This document shows, in pieces, positions 41,350 to 50,572 of a stretch of DNA of 64,000 nucleotides. Under the pieces are notes generated by a model. That model saw only the letters and a program-made list of their open reading frames with translations, had not been told where the DNA came from and did no database searches. Position 1 is the first letter of the stretch. The number at the start of each line of letters is the position of its first letter. Made by a program: the position numbers and the translations under genes. Source of the stretch: Clostridia bacterium (GTDB taxonomy: Bacteria; Bacillota; Clostridia; Christensenellales; CAG-138). The stretch spans positions 35,202 to 99,201 of the forward strand of contig DATMYE010000054.1 in the NCBI GenBank assembly GCA_035561095.1, given 5' to 3'.

Positions 41350-42264
41350 ATGCTCGATTTTTTACACGCCAACCTATCGTACATCCTTTCGGGCATATCG
41401 GTCGGCGGGCAGTATGCGCTCATCGCCATCGGCTACACGATGGTCTACGGCATACTGCGCCTGATCAACTTTGCCCACGGTGATGTGTTCATGGTTGCGG
41501 GTCTGATGATGGTATACCTCTCGACCGCGCTGCCCGTCACCGTCGCGATCCCGTTGGTTCTTGTGATGACCGTGGCGCTCGGCTTTTTGATCGAACGCGC
41601 GGCCTATAAGCCCCTGCGCACGGCACCGCGCATGTCCGTCATGATCAGCGCGATCGGCATTTCCTACCTATTGCAGAACGCCGCGCTGTATTTTACCGGC
41701 GGTCTTGCCAAGGTCTATCCCGCCATCCCGTGGCTGAGCCAGTCGGTGACGATCTGGGGCTCCACCACGAAGATGGTGACAGTGGTCACGCCCATTCTGA
41801 CCATCGTGCTGGTGGTGCTTCTGACGCTGCTCATCAAGTACACGAAGGTCGGTATGGCGATGCGCGCCGTCTCGAAGGATTTTGAAACCAGCCGTCTGAT
41901 GGGCATCCGCATCAACACCGTCATCTCGGTGACATTCGTGATCGGTTCCTTCCTCGCCGCGGTGGGTTCAATCCTCTACTTCACAAACTACGCGTCCGTC
42001 ACGCCCGTCTCCGGCGGCATGCCGGGGCTCAAGTGCTTCGTCGCGGCCGTGTTCGGCGGAATCGGCAGCATCCCGGGCGCGGTCATCGGCGCGTTTATCA
42101 TCGGCATCGCGGAGAACATCATCAAAGGCGGCACGTCGATCTTCGGCTTCGGCGGCAGCGGCTGGACGACGTTCTCGGATGCGTTCACCTTTGCGCTCCT
42201 GATCATCATCCTCGTGGTGAAGCCCACCGGTCTGTTTGGCGAAAAAGCCACAGACAAGGCGTAA
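41350..42264 (+). CDS. livH: Branched-chain amino acid ABC permease
   Basis: YALIAIGYTMVYGILRLINFAHG, AAVFGGIGS, KPTGLFG. Confidence 0.92.
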   Translation: MLDFLHANLSYILSGISVGGQYALIAIGYTMVYGILRLINFAHGDVFMVAGLMMVYLSTALPVTVAIPLVLVMTVALGFLIERAAYKPLRTAPRMSVMISAIGISYLLQNAALYFTGGLAKVYPAIPWLSQSVTIWGSTTKMVTVVTPILTIVLVVLLTLLIKYTKVGMAMRAVSKDFETSRLMGIRINTVISVTFVIGSFLAAVGSILYFTNYASVTPVSGGMPGLKCFVAAVFGGIGSIPGAVIGAFIIGIAENIIKGGTSIFGFGGSGWTTFSDAFTFALLIIILVVKPTGLFGEKATDKA

Positions 42265-42277
42265 GGAGGATGATTGC

Positions 42278-43399
42278 ATGAAAAAGAAAAGCAAAGCGGA
42301 ACTTTGGCTCGCGTTTGCGGCAATCGCGCTGATCTATGTGGTCGTCACGGTGCTGGAGCAGACGATGGACCCGAACAACATCATCTTCACGGTGCTCAAA
42401 AAGGGCGCGATCTACTCACTCGTCGCAGTCAGCATGAACCTGCTCAACGGCTTTACCGGCCTCTTCTCGCTGGGACAGGCGGGCTTCATGCTCATCGGCG
42501 CGTACACCTATTCGATCTTCACCATGCCGACGGCGGTCAAGCTCACCGAGTCGGTCTATAAATACTACGAAGCCGCGATCAAGTTTGACACGGGCATCTT
42601 CGTGGGTCTCATCTGCGCGGGTCTTGCCGCGGCGCTGTTTGCGTCGCTGATCGGGCTACCCGTGCTGCGCCTTAAGTCGGACTACCTCGCCATCGCCACG
42701 ATCGGTTTTGCGGAGATCATCCGCGCGATCTTCCAGTGGGATGTGCTGGGCCCTGTCACAAACGGCGCAAACGTCATGCGCAATTATCTCGATCTGACCG
42801 ATGTGAAAGTTCCGTTTACGGATATTCCGTTCCCGCCGACGCTGTATGTCTTTCTCGCTTCCGGCGTCTGCATCGGGCTGATCGTGCTCTTGATCAACAG
42901 CTCCTACGGGCGCGCGTTCAAGGCGATCCGTGACGACGAGGTCGCAGCGGAGGCCATGGGCATCAACCTCTTCAAGCACAAGGAGATGAGCTTTGTCATC
43001 AGCTCGTTCTTCGCGGGTGTCTCGGGAGCTCTCCTTGCGATGTATCAGTACACCGTGCAGGCCGCGCAGTTCAAGAGCGCGATGACGTATGAAATCCTCC
43101 TGATCGTGGTCATCGGCGGCATCGGCTCCGTTTCCGGCAGCGTGATTGCAAGCTTTCTCTATATCGCGGCGTCCGAGTGGTGGCTCCGCGGCCTCGACAT
43201 GGGCAAGTTCCTCGGCATCGAAGCCCCGAACCTCTTCCGCTCCGGCTTTAGGCGGTTCGTGTTCTCCATCATCATCATGCTGATCGTGCTGTTCTTCTCG
43301 AGAGGACTCATGGGAGATCGGGAGATCTCGTTCGCGGGACTGATCCGGCGATTCAACAAACGCGCCAAGGCGGCGAAAGGAGGCGGTATCGATGGCTGA
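42278..43399 (+). CDS. livM: Branched-chain amino acid ABC permease
   Basis: GLFSLGQAGF, LRLKSDYLAIAT, AIRDDEVAA; start ATG 42278 after AAGGAGG. Confidence 0.92.
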   Translation: MKKKSKAELWLAFAAIALIYVVVTVLEQTMDPNNIIFTVLKKGAIYSLVAVSMNLLNGFTGLFSLGQAGFMLIGAYTYSIFTMPTAVKLTESVYKYYEAAIKFDTGIFVGLICAGLAAALFASLIGLPVLRLKSDYLAIATIGFAEIIRAIFQWDVLGPVTNGANVMRNYLDLTDVKVPFTDIPFPPTLYVFLASGVCIGLIVLLINSSYGRAFKAIRDDEVAAEAMGINLFKHKEMSFVISSFFAGVSGALLAMYQYTVQAAQFKSAMTYEILLIVVIGGIGSVSGSVIASFLYIAASEWWLRGLDMGKFLGIEAPNLFRSGFRRFVFSIIIMLIVLFFSRGLMGDREISFAGLIRRFNKRAKAAKGGGIDG

Positions 43400-44234
43400 G
43401 AACGTGCTGAAACTTGAAAACGTAACCATGCAGTTCGGCGGCGTCGTCGCCGTCAATAACCTCTCGCTGGAGGTCAACAAGGGCGAGATCGTGGCGCTTA
43501 TCGGACCAAACGGCGCGGGCAAAACCACGGCGTTCAACTGCGTCACGGGCATCTACGATCCCTCCAACGGCAAGATCTCGTTCAACGGAAAAACCATCGT
43601 GGAAAACCATCCGCGCGGCAAGATGAAGAAGCTCTACGCGGGCGAAAACGCGAAGCTTTACGTGAGTTCGCGCACGGTCGATCCCACGCCGGATATGGTG
43701 ACCAAACTCGGCATCGCGCGTACGTTCCAGAACATCCGGCTCTGGAAGAGCATGACGGTGTTCGATAACGTGTTGACCGCCAAGCACATGCGTGCAAAGC
43801 AGAACGTGTTTACCGCGACGCTGCGCCTCTCCTACAAGGAAGAGAAGCGCATGCGCGAGGAGACGGCGGCGCTCTTGGAAGAGCAGAACCTGATGCAGTA
43901 CGCAAACGACCTCGCGGTGAGCCTGCCTTACGGCCTGCAGCGCCGTCTGGAGATCGCCCGCGCGCTCGCGACCGAACCGAAGCTCCTCCTGCTCGACGAA
44001 CCCGCCGCGGGCATGAACCCGCAGGAGACGCAGGAGCTGGGCGAGTTCATCGTGCAGATCAAGAACAAATACGACCTGACGGTCTTCATGATCGAGCACC
44101 ACATGGATCTGGTCATGCAGTTTTCTGATCGCATCTATGTCATCGACTTCGGCCGCCTTATCAGCAGCGGTACGCCCGCAGTCGTGCAGGCGGACCCGAA
44201 GGTCATCAACGCGTATCTGGGGGTGGCGGAATGA
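43392..44234 (+). CDS. livG: Branched-chain amino acid ABC ATP-binding protein
   Basis: GPNGAGKT, ARTFQN, LPYG.QRRLE, LDEPAAG. Confidence 0.92.
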   Translation: MAENVLKLENVTMQFGGVVAVNNLSLEVNKGEIVALIGPNGAGKTTAFNCVTGIYDPSNGKISFNGKTIVENHPRGKMKKLYAGENAKLYVSSRTVDPTPDMVTKLGIARTFQNIRLWKSMTVFDNVLTAKHMRAKQNVFTATLRLSYKEEKRMREETAALLEEQNLMQYANDLAVSLPYGLQRRLEIARALATEPKLLLLDEPAAGMNPQETQELGEFIVQIKNKYDLTVFMIEHHMDLVMQFSDRIYVIDFGRLISSGTPAVVQADPKVINAYLGVAE

Positions 44235-44941
44235 GCGACATCATTTTGAGCATCAAGGACCTTAAGGTCAACTATGGCGGTATCGAAGCCGTCAAGGGCA
44301 TCAGCTTTGACGTACCCAAGGGCGACATCGTGACGCTTATCGGCGCAAACGGTGCGGGCAAGAGCTCGACCCTGCGCGCAATTGCGGGACTCGTTAAGCT
44401 CAAGAGCGGTACGATCGAGTTTGAGGGCGACAGCCTTGCCGGCAAGGATACGACGACCATCGTCAGCCGCGGCATCACGCTTGTTCCCGAAGGACGGCGG
44501 ATTTTCCCCGACCTGACGGTGCTGGAAAACCTCCGCGTCGGCGCATATATGCGCAAAGACGACATCACGCCGGACATCAACTGGGTCTACGAGCTGTTTC
44601 CGCGGCTCAAGGAACGCTGCTGGCAGGCGGGGGGCACGCTCTCCGGCGGAGAGCAGCAGATGCTCGCGGTCGGGCGCGCGCTCATGAGCCGCCCGAAGCT
44701 GATGATGATGGACGAGCCTTCGCTGGGGTTGGCTCCGCTGATTGTTCGGGATATCTTCTCGATCATCAAGGAGATCAACAAGCGCGGCGTGACGATTCTT
44801 CTCATCGAGCAGAACGCAAACATGGCGCTCTCGACGGCGCACACGGGCTATGTCATGGAAACAGGACGCATCACGATGTCCGGCCCGGGCAAGGAACTGC
44901 TTACCAACGAGGCCGTTAAGGCGGCATACCTGGGTACCTGA
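44231..44941 (+). CDS. livF: Branched-chain amino acid ABC ATP-binding protein
   Basis: GANGAGKS, VPEGRRIF, LSGGEQQ, DEPSLGL, EQN. Confidence 0.92.
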   Translation: MSDIILSIKDLKVNYGGIEAVKGISFDVPKGDIVTLIGANGAGKSSTLRAIAGLVKLKSGTIEFEGDSLAGKDTTTIVSRGITLVPEGRRIFPDLTVLENLRVGAYMRKDDITPDINWVYELFPRLKERCWQAGGTLSGGEQQMLAVGRALMSRPKLMMMDEPSLGLAPLIVRDIFSIIKEINKRGVTILLIEQNANMALSTAHTGYVMETGRITMSGPGKELLTNEAVKAAYLGT

Positions 44942-44962
44942 TTCCGGCAAACAACACAAAAC

Positions 44963-44993
44963 GGCGGCTGCGATGAACGCAGCCGTCTTTTTT
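44963..44993 (+). terminator. Intrinsic terminator after livF
   Basis: GGCGGCTGCG-ATGAA-CGCAGCCGTC-TTTTTT. Confidence 0.8.
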
Positions 44994-45073
44994 GTGGAAG
45001 TATGCCCGTTTTCGGCATTGTTCCCTTGACAAACAAATCATATATGATAAACTAACGCTACAATTTCATAGGT

Positions 45074-45225
45074 CTGATGAGAGAGGCGCGGTTGTCAAGA
45101 GTAGCGCGAAAGCGCGAAAGGGGCTGCCGCCGAAGCATCCAAACCATCGTACAAGCGGAGGAGAGGGTGCTGGGCTGCGGGAGAATATGTCGCAGACTGT
45201 CACGAAAGTGGAGCGCTGTCATCGG
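45074..45225 (+). ncRNA. Lysine riboswitch aptamer (short-P2 variant)
   Basis: P1 GATGA/TCATC; conserved AGAGGCGC, AGTA (loop E), GAAAGG, GCCGAA, CTGGG, GAAT, ACTGTC, GGAGCGCT in order; upstream promoter TTGACA (45026-45031) with TGnTAAACT; precedes an amino acid ABC transporter. Confidence 0.88.
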
Positions 45226-45269
45226 TCAGGAGCGGACAGTAGCGTCCGCTCGCATCATCGCATGCACGA

Positions 45270-45309
45270 CCGCGCGTTTTCCATTTGACCGGAACGCGCG
45301 TTTTTATTT
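45270..45309 (+). terminator. Riboswitch expression-platform terminator
   Basis: CGCGCGTTTT...GGAACGCGCG followed by TTTTTATTT. Confidence 0.7.
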
Positions 45310-45425
45310 ACCAAAATAGGCGCGCAACACCGGAGAAAGCACCGGAAAGCGCGTTTTTTTATTTGCTCATCACTCTGAAATTGTAGAAGCCCAATAGACA
45401 AAAGTAAGAGAGGAAACCAAGTTTT

Positions 45426-46274
45426 ATGAAGAAGATCATTGCCCTCGTGTTTGCGCTGATGCTCGCCGTGTCGAGCGTTGCGTGCACCGCAAAGCCCGCC
45501 GTGACCAGCGCCGTTTCCGGTGTGGAGGACGGCATTCTGACCGTCGCGATGGAGTGCGCCTACGCGCCCTACAACTGGACGCAGCCGACCGATGCAAACG
45601 GCGCGGTGCCGATCAAGGACTCCAACGAGTTTGCCAACGGCTACGATGTCATGATGGCGAAAAAGCTTGCAGAAGCCAACGGCTGGCAGCTCGAAGTCGT
45701 CCGCCTCGACTGGGATTCGCTGATTCCCGCCGTGCAGACCAGCCAGATCGATGCGGTCATCGCGGGACAGAGCATGACGCCGGAGCGTATGGAGGTCGTC
45801 GACTTCGCAGGCCCGTACCTCTACGCCTCGATCGTCTGCGTTACGCTGAACACCAGCAGCTTTGCGTCCGCAAAGGGCATCTCCGACCTCGCGGGCGGCA
45901 CCTGCACGAGCCAGCTCGGTACCATTTGGTATGACACGTGCCTGCCGCAGATCAAAGACGCCAAAATCCAGCCCGCCGCCGAAACCGCGCCCGCGATGCT
46001 GATGGCACTGGAGACCGGCACGGTCGATTTCGTCTGCACCGATATGCCGACCGCTCAGGGCGCGCTGGCTGCCTATCCCGACATGACGATCCTCAACTTC
46101 GCAAACAGCGGTGATGATTTCGCCGTCTCCGACAGCGATGTGAATATCGGCATCTCCGTGCGCAAGGGCAACACCGTGCTGCTGGACGCGCTCAACAAGG
46201 TTCTCTCCGGCATGACGGCGGATGACTTCAACGCGATCATGGCGGATGCCATTGCCGTGCAGCCCATCGGCTGA
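45426..46274 (+). CDS. Polar amino acid ABC substrate-binding lipoprotein (likely lysine)
   Basis: Lipobox SVAC; MECAYAPYNW, GYDV, WDSLIPAVQ, AGQSMT.ER; downstream of the lysine riboswitch. Confidence 0.88.
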   Translation: MKKIIALVFALMLAVSSVACTAKPAVTSAVSGVEDGILTVAMECAYAPYNWTQPTDANGAVPIKDSNEFANGYDVMMAKKLAEANGWQLEVVRLDWDSLIPAVQTSQIDAVIAGQSMTPERMEVVDFAGPYLYASIVCVTLNTSSFASAKGISDLAGGTCTSQLGTIWYDTCLPQIKDAKIQPAAETAPAMLMALETGTVDFVCTDMPTAQGALAAYPDMTILNFANSGDDFAVSDSDVNIGISVRKGNTVLLDALNKVLSGMTADDFNAIMADAIAVQPIG

Positions 46275-46387
46275 TCGGCGTAACGAACTATTTTCGACAG
46301 ACACAGGGTCAAGGCGCGCCGCAAAGTTCGGTTCGCCTTGCCTTGTCGTTTACCAGCAGTTTGTATTTTGGTAAGGAGTGAGCGCCC

Positions 46388-47209
46388 ATGAGCATTCTCG
46401 CGCAGCTTGGCAGCGATATCGTCAAGCTCTGGAACACCTATGCGAGCATCTATCTCACCGGCATGTGGAAGACGGTGTCGCTCGCGGTCGTCTGCACGCT
46501 GGTCGGCTGCCTGATCGGCTTTCTGTGCGGCGTCTTGCAGACCATCCCCGTCGCGAAGAAGGATAACCCCCTCAAGAAGGGGTTTCTCGCCGTGTTACGC
46601 GGCATCATCCGCGCATATGTTGAAGTGTTCCGAGGGACCCCCATGATCCTGCAGGCGGTGTTCGTCTATTATGGGCTGCCGTATTTTACGAACAACGCGG
46701 TGCAGTGGAAGAGCGTTTGGCTCGCGGCGTTCGTCGTCGTCGCAGTCAACACGGGCGCCTACATGGCGGAGACCGTCCGCGGCGGCATCCTCTCGGTCGA
46801 TCCGGGACAGACGGAGGGCGCAAAGGCCATCGGCATGACGCACTGGCAGACTATGACGAGCGTGATTTTGCCGCAGGCGCTCCGCAGCATCCTTCCGCAG
46901 ATCGGCAACAACTTCATCATCAACCTAAAGGATACGTCCGTGATGTTTATCATCGGATACACGGACTTTTTTGCCACGCACAAGGCGGTCGTGGGCGCTA
47001 CGTTCCTCTATTTCCCCTCCGCGAGCATCGAGATGGCAGGCTATCTGTTCATGACGCTGGTCAGCTCGGTTCTGTTGCGCTGGTGGGAAAAGCGGATGGA
47101 CGGAGACGCGAGCTATGATCTCGCGACGACCGATACCCTGGCGCACACGAGCGGCATGGTTCGCTTTCCGCAGAAGAACGATGCGTTGCAGGATGAGAGG
47201 GGGCGTTGA
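46388..47209 (+). CDS. Polar amino acid ABC permease
   Basis: [20 protein letters not shown]...GQTEGA, ILPQA, KDTS. Confidence 0.92.
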   Translation: MSILAQLGSDIVKLWNTYASIYLTGMWKTVSLAVVCTLVGCLIGFLCGVLQTIPVAKKDNPLKKGFLAVLRGIIRAYVEVFRGTPMILQAVFVYYGLPYFTNNAVQWKSVWLAAFVVVAVNTGAYMAETVRGGILSVDPGQTEGAKAIGMTHWQTMTSVILPQALRSILPQIGNNFIINLKDTSVMFIIGYTDFFATHKAVVGATFLYFPSASIEMAGYLFMTLVSSVLLRWWEKRMDGDASYDLATTDTLAHTSGMVRFPQKNDALQDERGR

Positions 47210-47952
47210 GCATGGGGGAACAGATTTTATCCGTCAATCATCTGAGTAAGGCCTTCGGCGCGAATGTCGTGCTGCGGGACATCGATTTTTCGGTGGAAAA
47301 AGGAGATGTCACGAGCATCATCGGCGCGTCCGGCTCAGGCAAGAGCACGCTCTTGCGCTGCATCAACCTGCTCGAAACGCCAACTGCGGGACAGATCCTC
47401 TTCCATGAGGAGGACATCACGCGCCGGGGGTATAACGTGCCCGCCTACCGCGCGAAGGTCGGCATGGTGTTTCAGAATTTCAACCTCTTCAACAACATGA
47501 CCGTGCTCGACAACTGCATGGTGGGATTGACCCGCGTCATGCACAAAGATCGTGCATCGGCGGAGCAGACCGCACGGTTTTACCTCGACAAGGTGGGCAT
47601 GCTGCCGTATATCCACGCGAAGCCGCGCCAGATCTCCGGCGGGCAGAAGCAGCGTGTGGCCATCGCCCGCGCGCTCGCGATGGAGCCGGAGGTTCTGCTC
47701 TTTGACGAGCCGACGTCCGCGCTCGACCCGCAGATGGTGGGCGAGGTGCTGGATGTCATGAAGACGCTCGTCAAAGAAGGGTTGACTATGCTGGTGGTCA
47801 CCCATGAGATGGCGTTTGCGCGGGATGTTTCGAGCAGAACCGTCTTCATGAAGGACGGCGTCATCTGGGAGGACGGCGCGCCTGCTCAGATTTTCGGCAC
47901 GCCCACGCGCGCGGAGACGAAGGAGTTTCTCTCCCGGTTTTTCGACCGCTGA
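47206..47952 (+). CDS. Polar amino acid ABC ATP-binding protein (GlnQ-like)
   Basis: [44 protein letters not shown]; start is TTG 47206 or ATG 47212. Confidence 0.92.
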   Translation: MSMGEQILSVNHLSKAFGANVVLRDIDFSVEKGDVTSIIGASGSGKSTLLRCINLLETPTAGQILFHEEDITRRGYNVPAYRAKVGMVFQNFNLFNNMTVLDNCMVGLTRVMHKDRASAEQTARFYLDKVGMLPYIHAKPRQISGGQKQRVAIARALAMEPEVLLFDEPTSALDPQMVGEVLDVMKTLVKEGLTMLVVTHEMAFARDVSSRTVFMKDGVIWEDGAPAQIFGTPTRAETKEFLSRFFDR

Positions 47953-47968
47953 CGCAGCAGATTCATAC

Positions 47969-48006
47969 AGAGAAGCCATCCGTACGCGGGTGGCTTTTCT
48001 TCTTTT
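47969..48006 (+). terminator. Intrinsic terminator
   Basis: AGAAGCCATCCG..CGGGTGGCTTTT followed by a U-rich tract. Confidence 0.7.
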
Positions 48007-48152
48007 ATTCCGAAACAGGCGATGGTGAAGCGTTGATCATACAACAGGAAAGAAGGCATTGACGCGTTATTCGCAACCGCATACAATGAAAGCAACAGTA
48101 TTCCTACCAAACCTCCATTCAGCGATCGAACCGACGAAAAAAGGGAACCGGA

Positions 48153-50510
48153 ATGACACATCATACAGGCGGCAAAGGTGGTGGAGAACGGTTGAAAAAG
48201 AGACCGGCTTTGTTTTTGCTGATCATACTTTGCATCACGCTGATGGCTGCGGCGGGGTTTGTGTTACTGCGCCTGCTGAATACGCCCAAAGCGCCTCCTG
48301 CAGGCGTAGAGTCGATCTCCGTCGTGCTCGACGATAACTACCCGCCGTATATCTTCCGGGACGCGGAGGGCAGGCTGCAGGGGATTCTGGTTGATCAGTG
48401 GGCACTCTGGAGCGAGAAAACAGGTGTTCGCGCCGAGCTGTTTGCCATGGACTGGGCGGACGCGCTGGAGGGCATGCGCGCGGGTAAATACGACGTGATC
48501 GACACGGTGTTTTTCAACGAGGAGCGCGATGTTTGGCTCGATTTCACCAAGCCGAACGTGACCATCGACGTGCCGATCTTCCACCGGAACAAGATTGCGG
48601 GCATTACGGATGCCGCCTCTCTCGCCGGCTTCACGGTCGCGGTCAAGGCAGGCGATGCGTGCATTCCGATTCTGCGCGACGCGGGCGTGACGAGCATTGA
48701 GGAATATCCGAGCTATGAGGCGATCATCGACGCTGCAAAGAGCGGAGACGTCGATGTCTTTGTCGTGGATGAACCCGCGGCGCTGTATTATCTCTATCAA
48801 AAGGGCATCGCGGACGAGTTCAGCAGGAGCCAGACCCTCTATTCCGGCCAGTTTCACCGCGCGGTGAAGGAGGGCGACACGAGTATGCTCGCGCTCGTCA
48901 ACGACGGATTTTCGAAGATTTCGACAGACGCGCTGCATAAAATCGACGATAAATGGTTTGGCCGCGAAGGCACGCAGCTCTACCTGAGATACTATCTGGA
49001 AAATGTGCTGATCGCCGTGGTGGTAATCGGCGCGGTGATCCTCTGGGTTTCGCTCTGGAACCAGCGCCTGCGTAAAGAAGTCAGGCGCAAGACGGAGGAG
49101 CTCGTGCGCGAGAAGGAGCTGCTGAATATCACCTTGCAGTCCATCGGCGACGGCGTGGTTGCGACGAATGTCGACGGATCGATCACGCTCATCAACCCAA
49201 CGGCACGGCGCATGTCCGGCTGGGACGATGACGCGCTGGGCGAAAAGTTTACCACCGTGCTCAAGCTCATCAACGAAGAAACGGAGGAGCCGGTGAGCTC
49301 CCCGATCGAAAAGGTGCTTGAAACGGGCGAGATCGTGGGTCTTGCAAACCACACCGCGCTGATCAACCGGCAGGGCGCAAAGACCCCGATTGCGGACGGT
49401 GCGGCGCCGATTCGCGACGCGAACGGACAAATTTACGGCGTGGTCATGGTCTTCCGCGACGTGACGCAGGAGAAGCAGCAGCGCGAGGAGATCGAATACA
49501 TCATGTCTCACGATCCCATGACGGGACTGTTTAACCGCTGGTACATGGAGGAGCTGCTCAACCGCTATGAGCAGCGGGAATACAACACCTGCGCGCTGAT
49601 CATGGGCGATCTCAACGGCCTCAAGCTCGTCAACGACGCGTTCGGGCATTATGAGGGAGACCGGTTTATCCGCAAGATCGCGGCGATCCTCAAGGCCAGC
49701 AGCGGAGGAAGGGACGTGGTCTCCCGCTGGGGCGGAGACGAGTTTTTGATCCTGATGCCGGACGCGGGCGTCAAGGACGCGGAAGGGCTCATCGAGCGCG
49801 TGCTGGAAAAATGCAAACGCGAGAGCGACGACAAGCTCCAGCTCAGCATTGCCCTCGGTTATGCGCTCAAGACAGGCCCCGAAGAGGGCATTCAGGAGGT
49901 GCTGCGCGCGGCGGAGCAGCTGACCTACCGCCGGAAGCTGATGATCGAGAAGAGCTTCCGCAACAGCGTCATCAACGCGCTGCTCTCGACGCTCAACGCC
50001 AAGAGTGAGGAGACGGAGGAGCACGCGGAGCGGCTGCAGCACTACTGCGGCACGCTTGGGCGAATCATCGGCATCTCCAACAAGGAACTTGACGAGATGT
50101 CGCTCTTTGCGATGCTGCACGATATCGGCAAGGTAGGCATCAACGACGCGGTGCTGCAAAAGCCCGGCGCGCTCACGGAAGCGGAGTGGCTGGAGATGAG
50201 AAAGCACCCGGAGATCGGTTTCCGCATCGCGCAGAACAACGTCGACCTCGCGCCGATTTCGGAATACATCCTCTCGCACCATGAGCGCTGGGACGGCAAG
50301 GGCTATCCGCGCGGGCTGCGCGGCGAGGAGATACCGGTTCTTGCGCGCATTCTCGCGGTCGTAGACGCGTTTGACGCGATGACCAACGAACGCATCTACA
50401 GCAAGCCCAGAAGCCACGAGGCGGCCGCAGAGGAGATCCTGCGCTGCGCTGGAACCCAGTTTGATCCGGCCATCGCAAGCGCGTTCGTCAAGCAGGTGCT
50501 GCATCTGTAA
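48153..50510 (+). CDS. Membrane c-di-GMP enzyme: extracellular solute-binding (PBPb) + PAS + GGDEF + HD-GYP
   Basis: TM, NYPPY..G...D.W (PBPb), TM, SIGDGVV (PAS), RWGGDEF, LHDIGK...HHERWDGKGYP; the true start may be TTG 48192. Confidence 0.9.
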   Translation: MTHHTGGKGGGERLKKRPALFLLIILCITLMAAAGFVLLRLLNTPKAPPAGVESISVVLDDNYPPYIFRDAEGRLQGILVDQWALWSEKTGVRAELFAMDWADALEGMRAGKYDVIDTVFFNEERDVWLDFTKPNVTIDVPIFHRNKIAGITDAASLAGFTVAVKAGDACIPILRDAGVTSIEEYPSYEAIIDAAKSGDVDVFVVDEPAALYYLYQKGIADEFSRSQTLYSGQFHRAVKEGDTSMLALVNDGFSKISTDALHKIDDKWFGREGTQLYLRYYLENVLIAVVVIGAVILWVSLWNQRLRKEVRRKTEELVREKELLNITLQSIGDGVVATNVDGSITLINPTARRMSGWDDDALGEKFTTVLKLINEETEEPVSSPIEKVLETGEIVGLANHTALINRQGAKTPIADGAAPIRDANGQIYGVVMVFRDVTQEKQQREEIEYIMSHDPMTGLFNRWYMEELLNRYEQREYNTCALIMGDLNGLKLVNDAFGHYEGDRFIRKIAAILKASSGGRDVVSRWGGDEFLILMPDAGVKDAEGLIERVLEKCKRESDDKLQLSIALGYALKTGPEEGIQEVLRAAEQLTYRRKLMIEKSFRNSVINALLSTLNAKSEETEEHAERLQHYCGTLGRIIGISNKELDEMSLFAMLHDIGKVGINDAVLQKPGALTEAEWLEMRKHPEIGFRIAQNNVDLAPISEYILSHHERWDGKGYPRGLRGEEIPVLARILAVVDAFDAMTNERIYSKPRSHEAAAEEILRCAGTQFDPAIASAFVKQVLHL

Positions 50511-50530
50511 CAAACACATTCAGGAAAGCA

Positions 50531-50557
50531 AAGAACCCCGCCATCGGCGGGGTTCTT
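50531..50557. terminator. Hairpin between convergent genes
   Basis: AAGAACCCCGCC-ATC-GGCGGGGTTCTT. Confidence 0.7.
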
Positions 50558-50572
50558 GTGTGTTTCCTGCGT

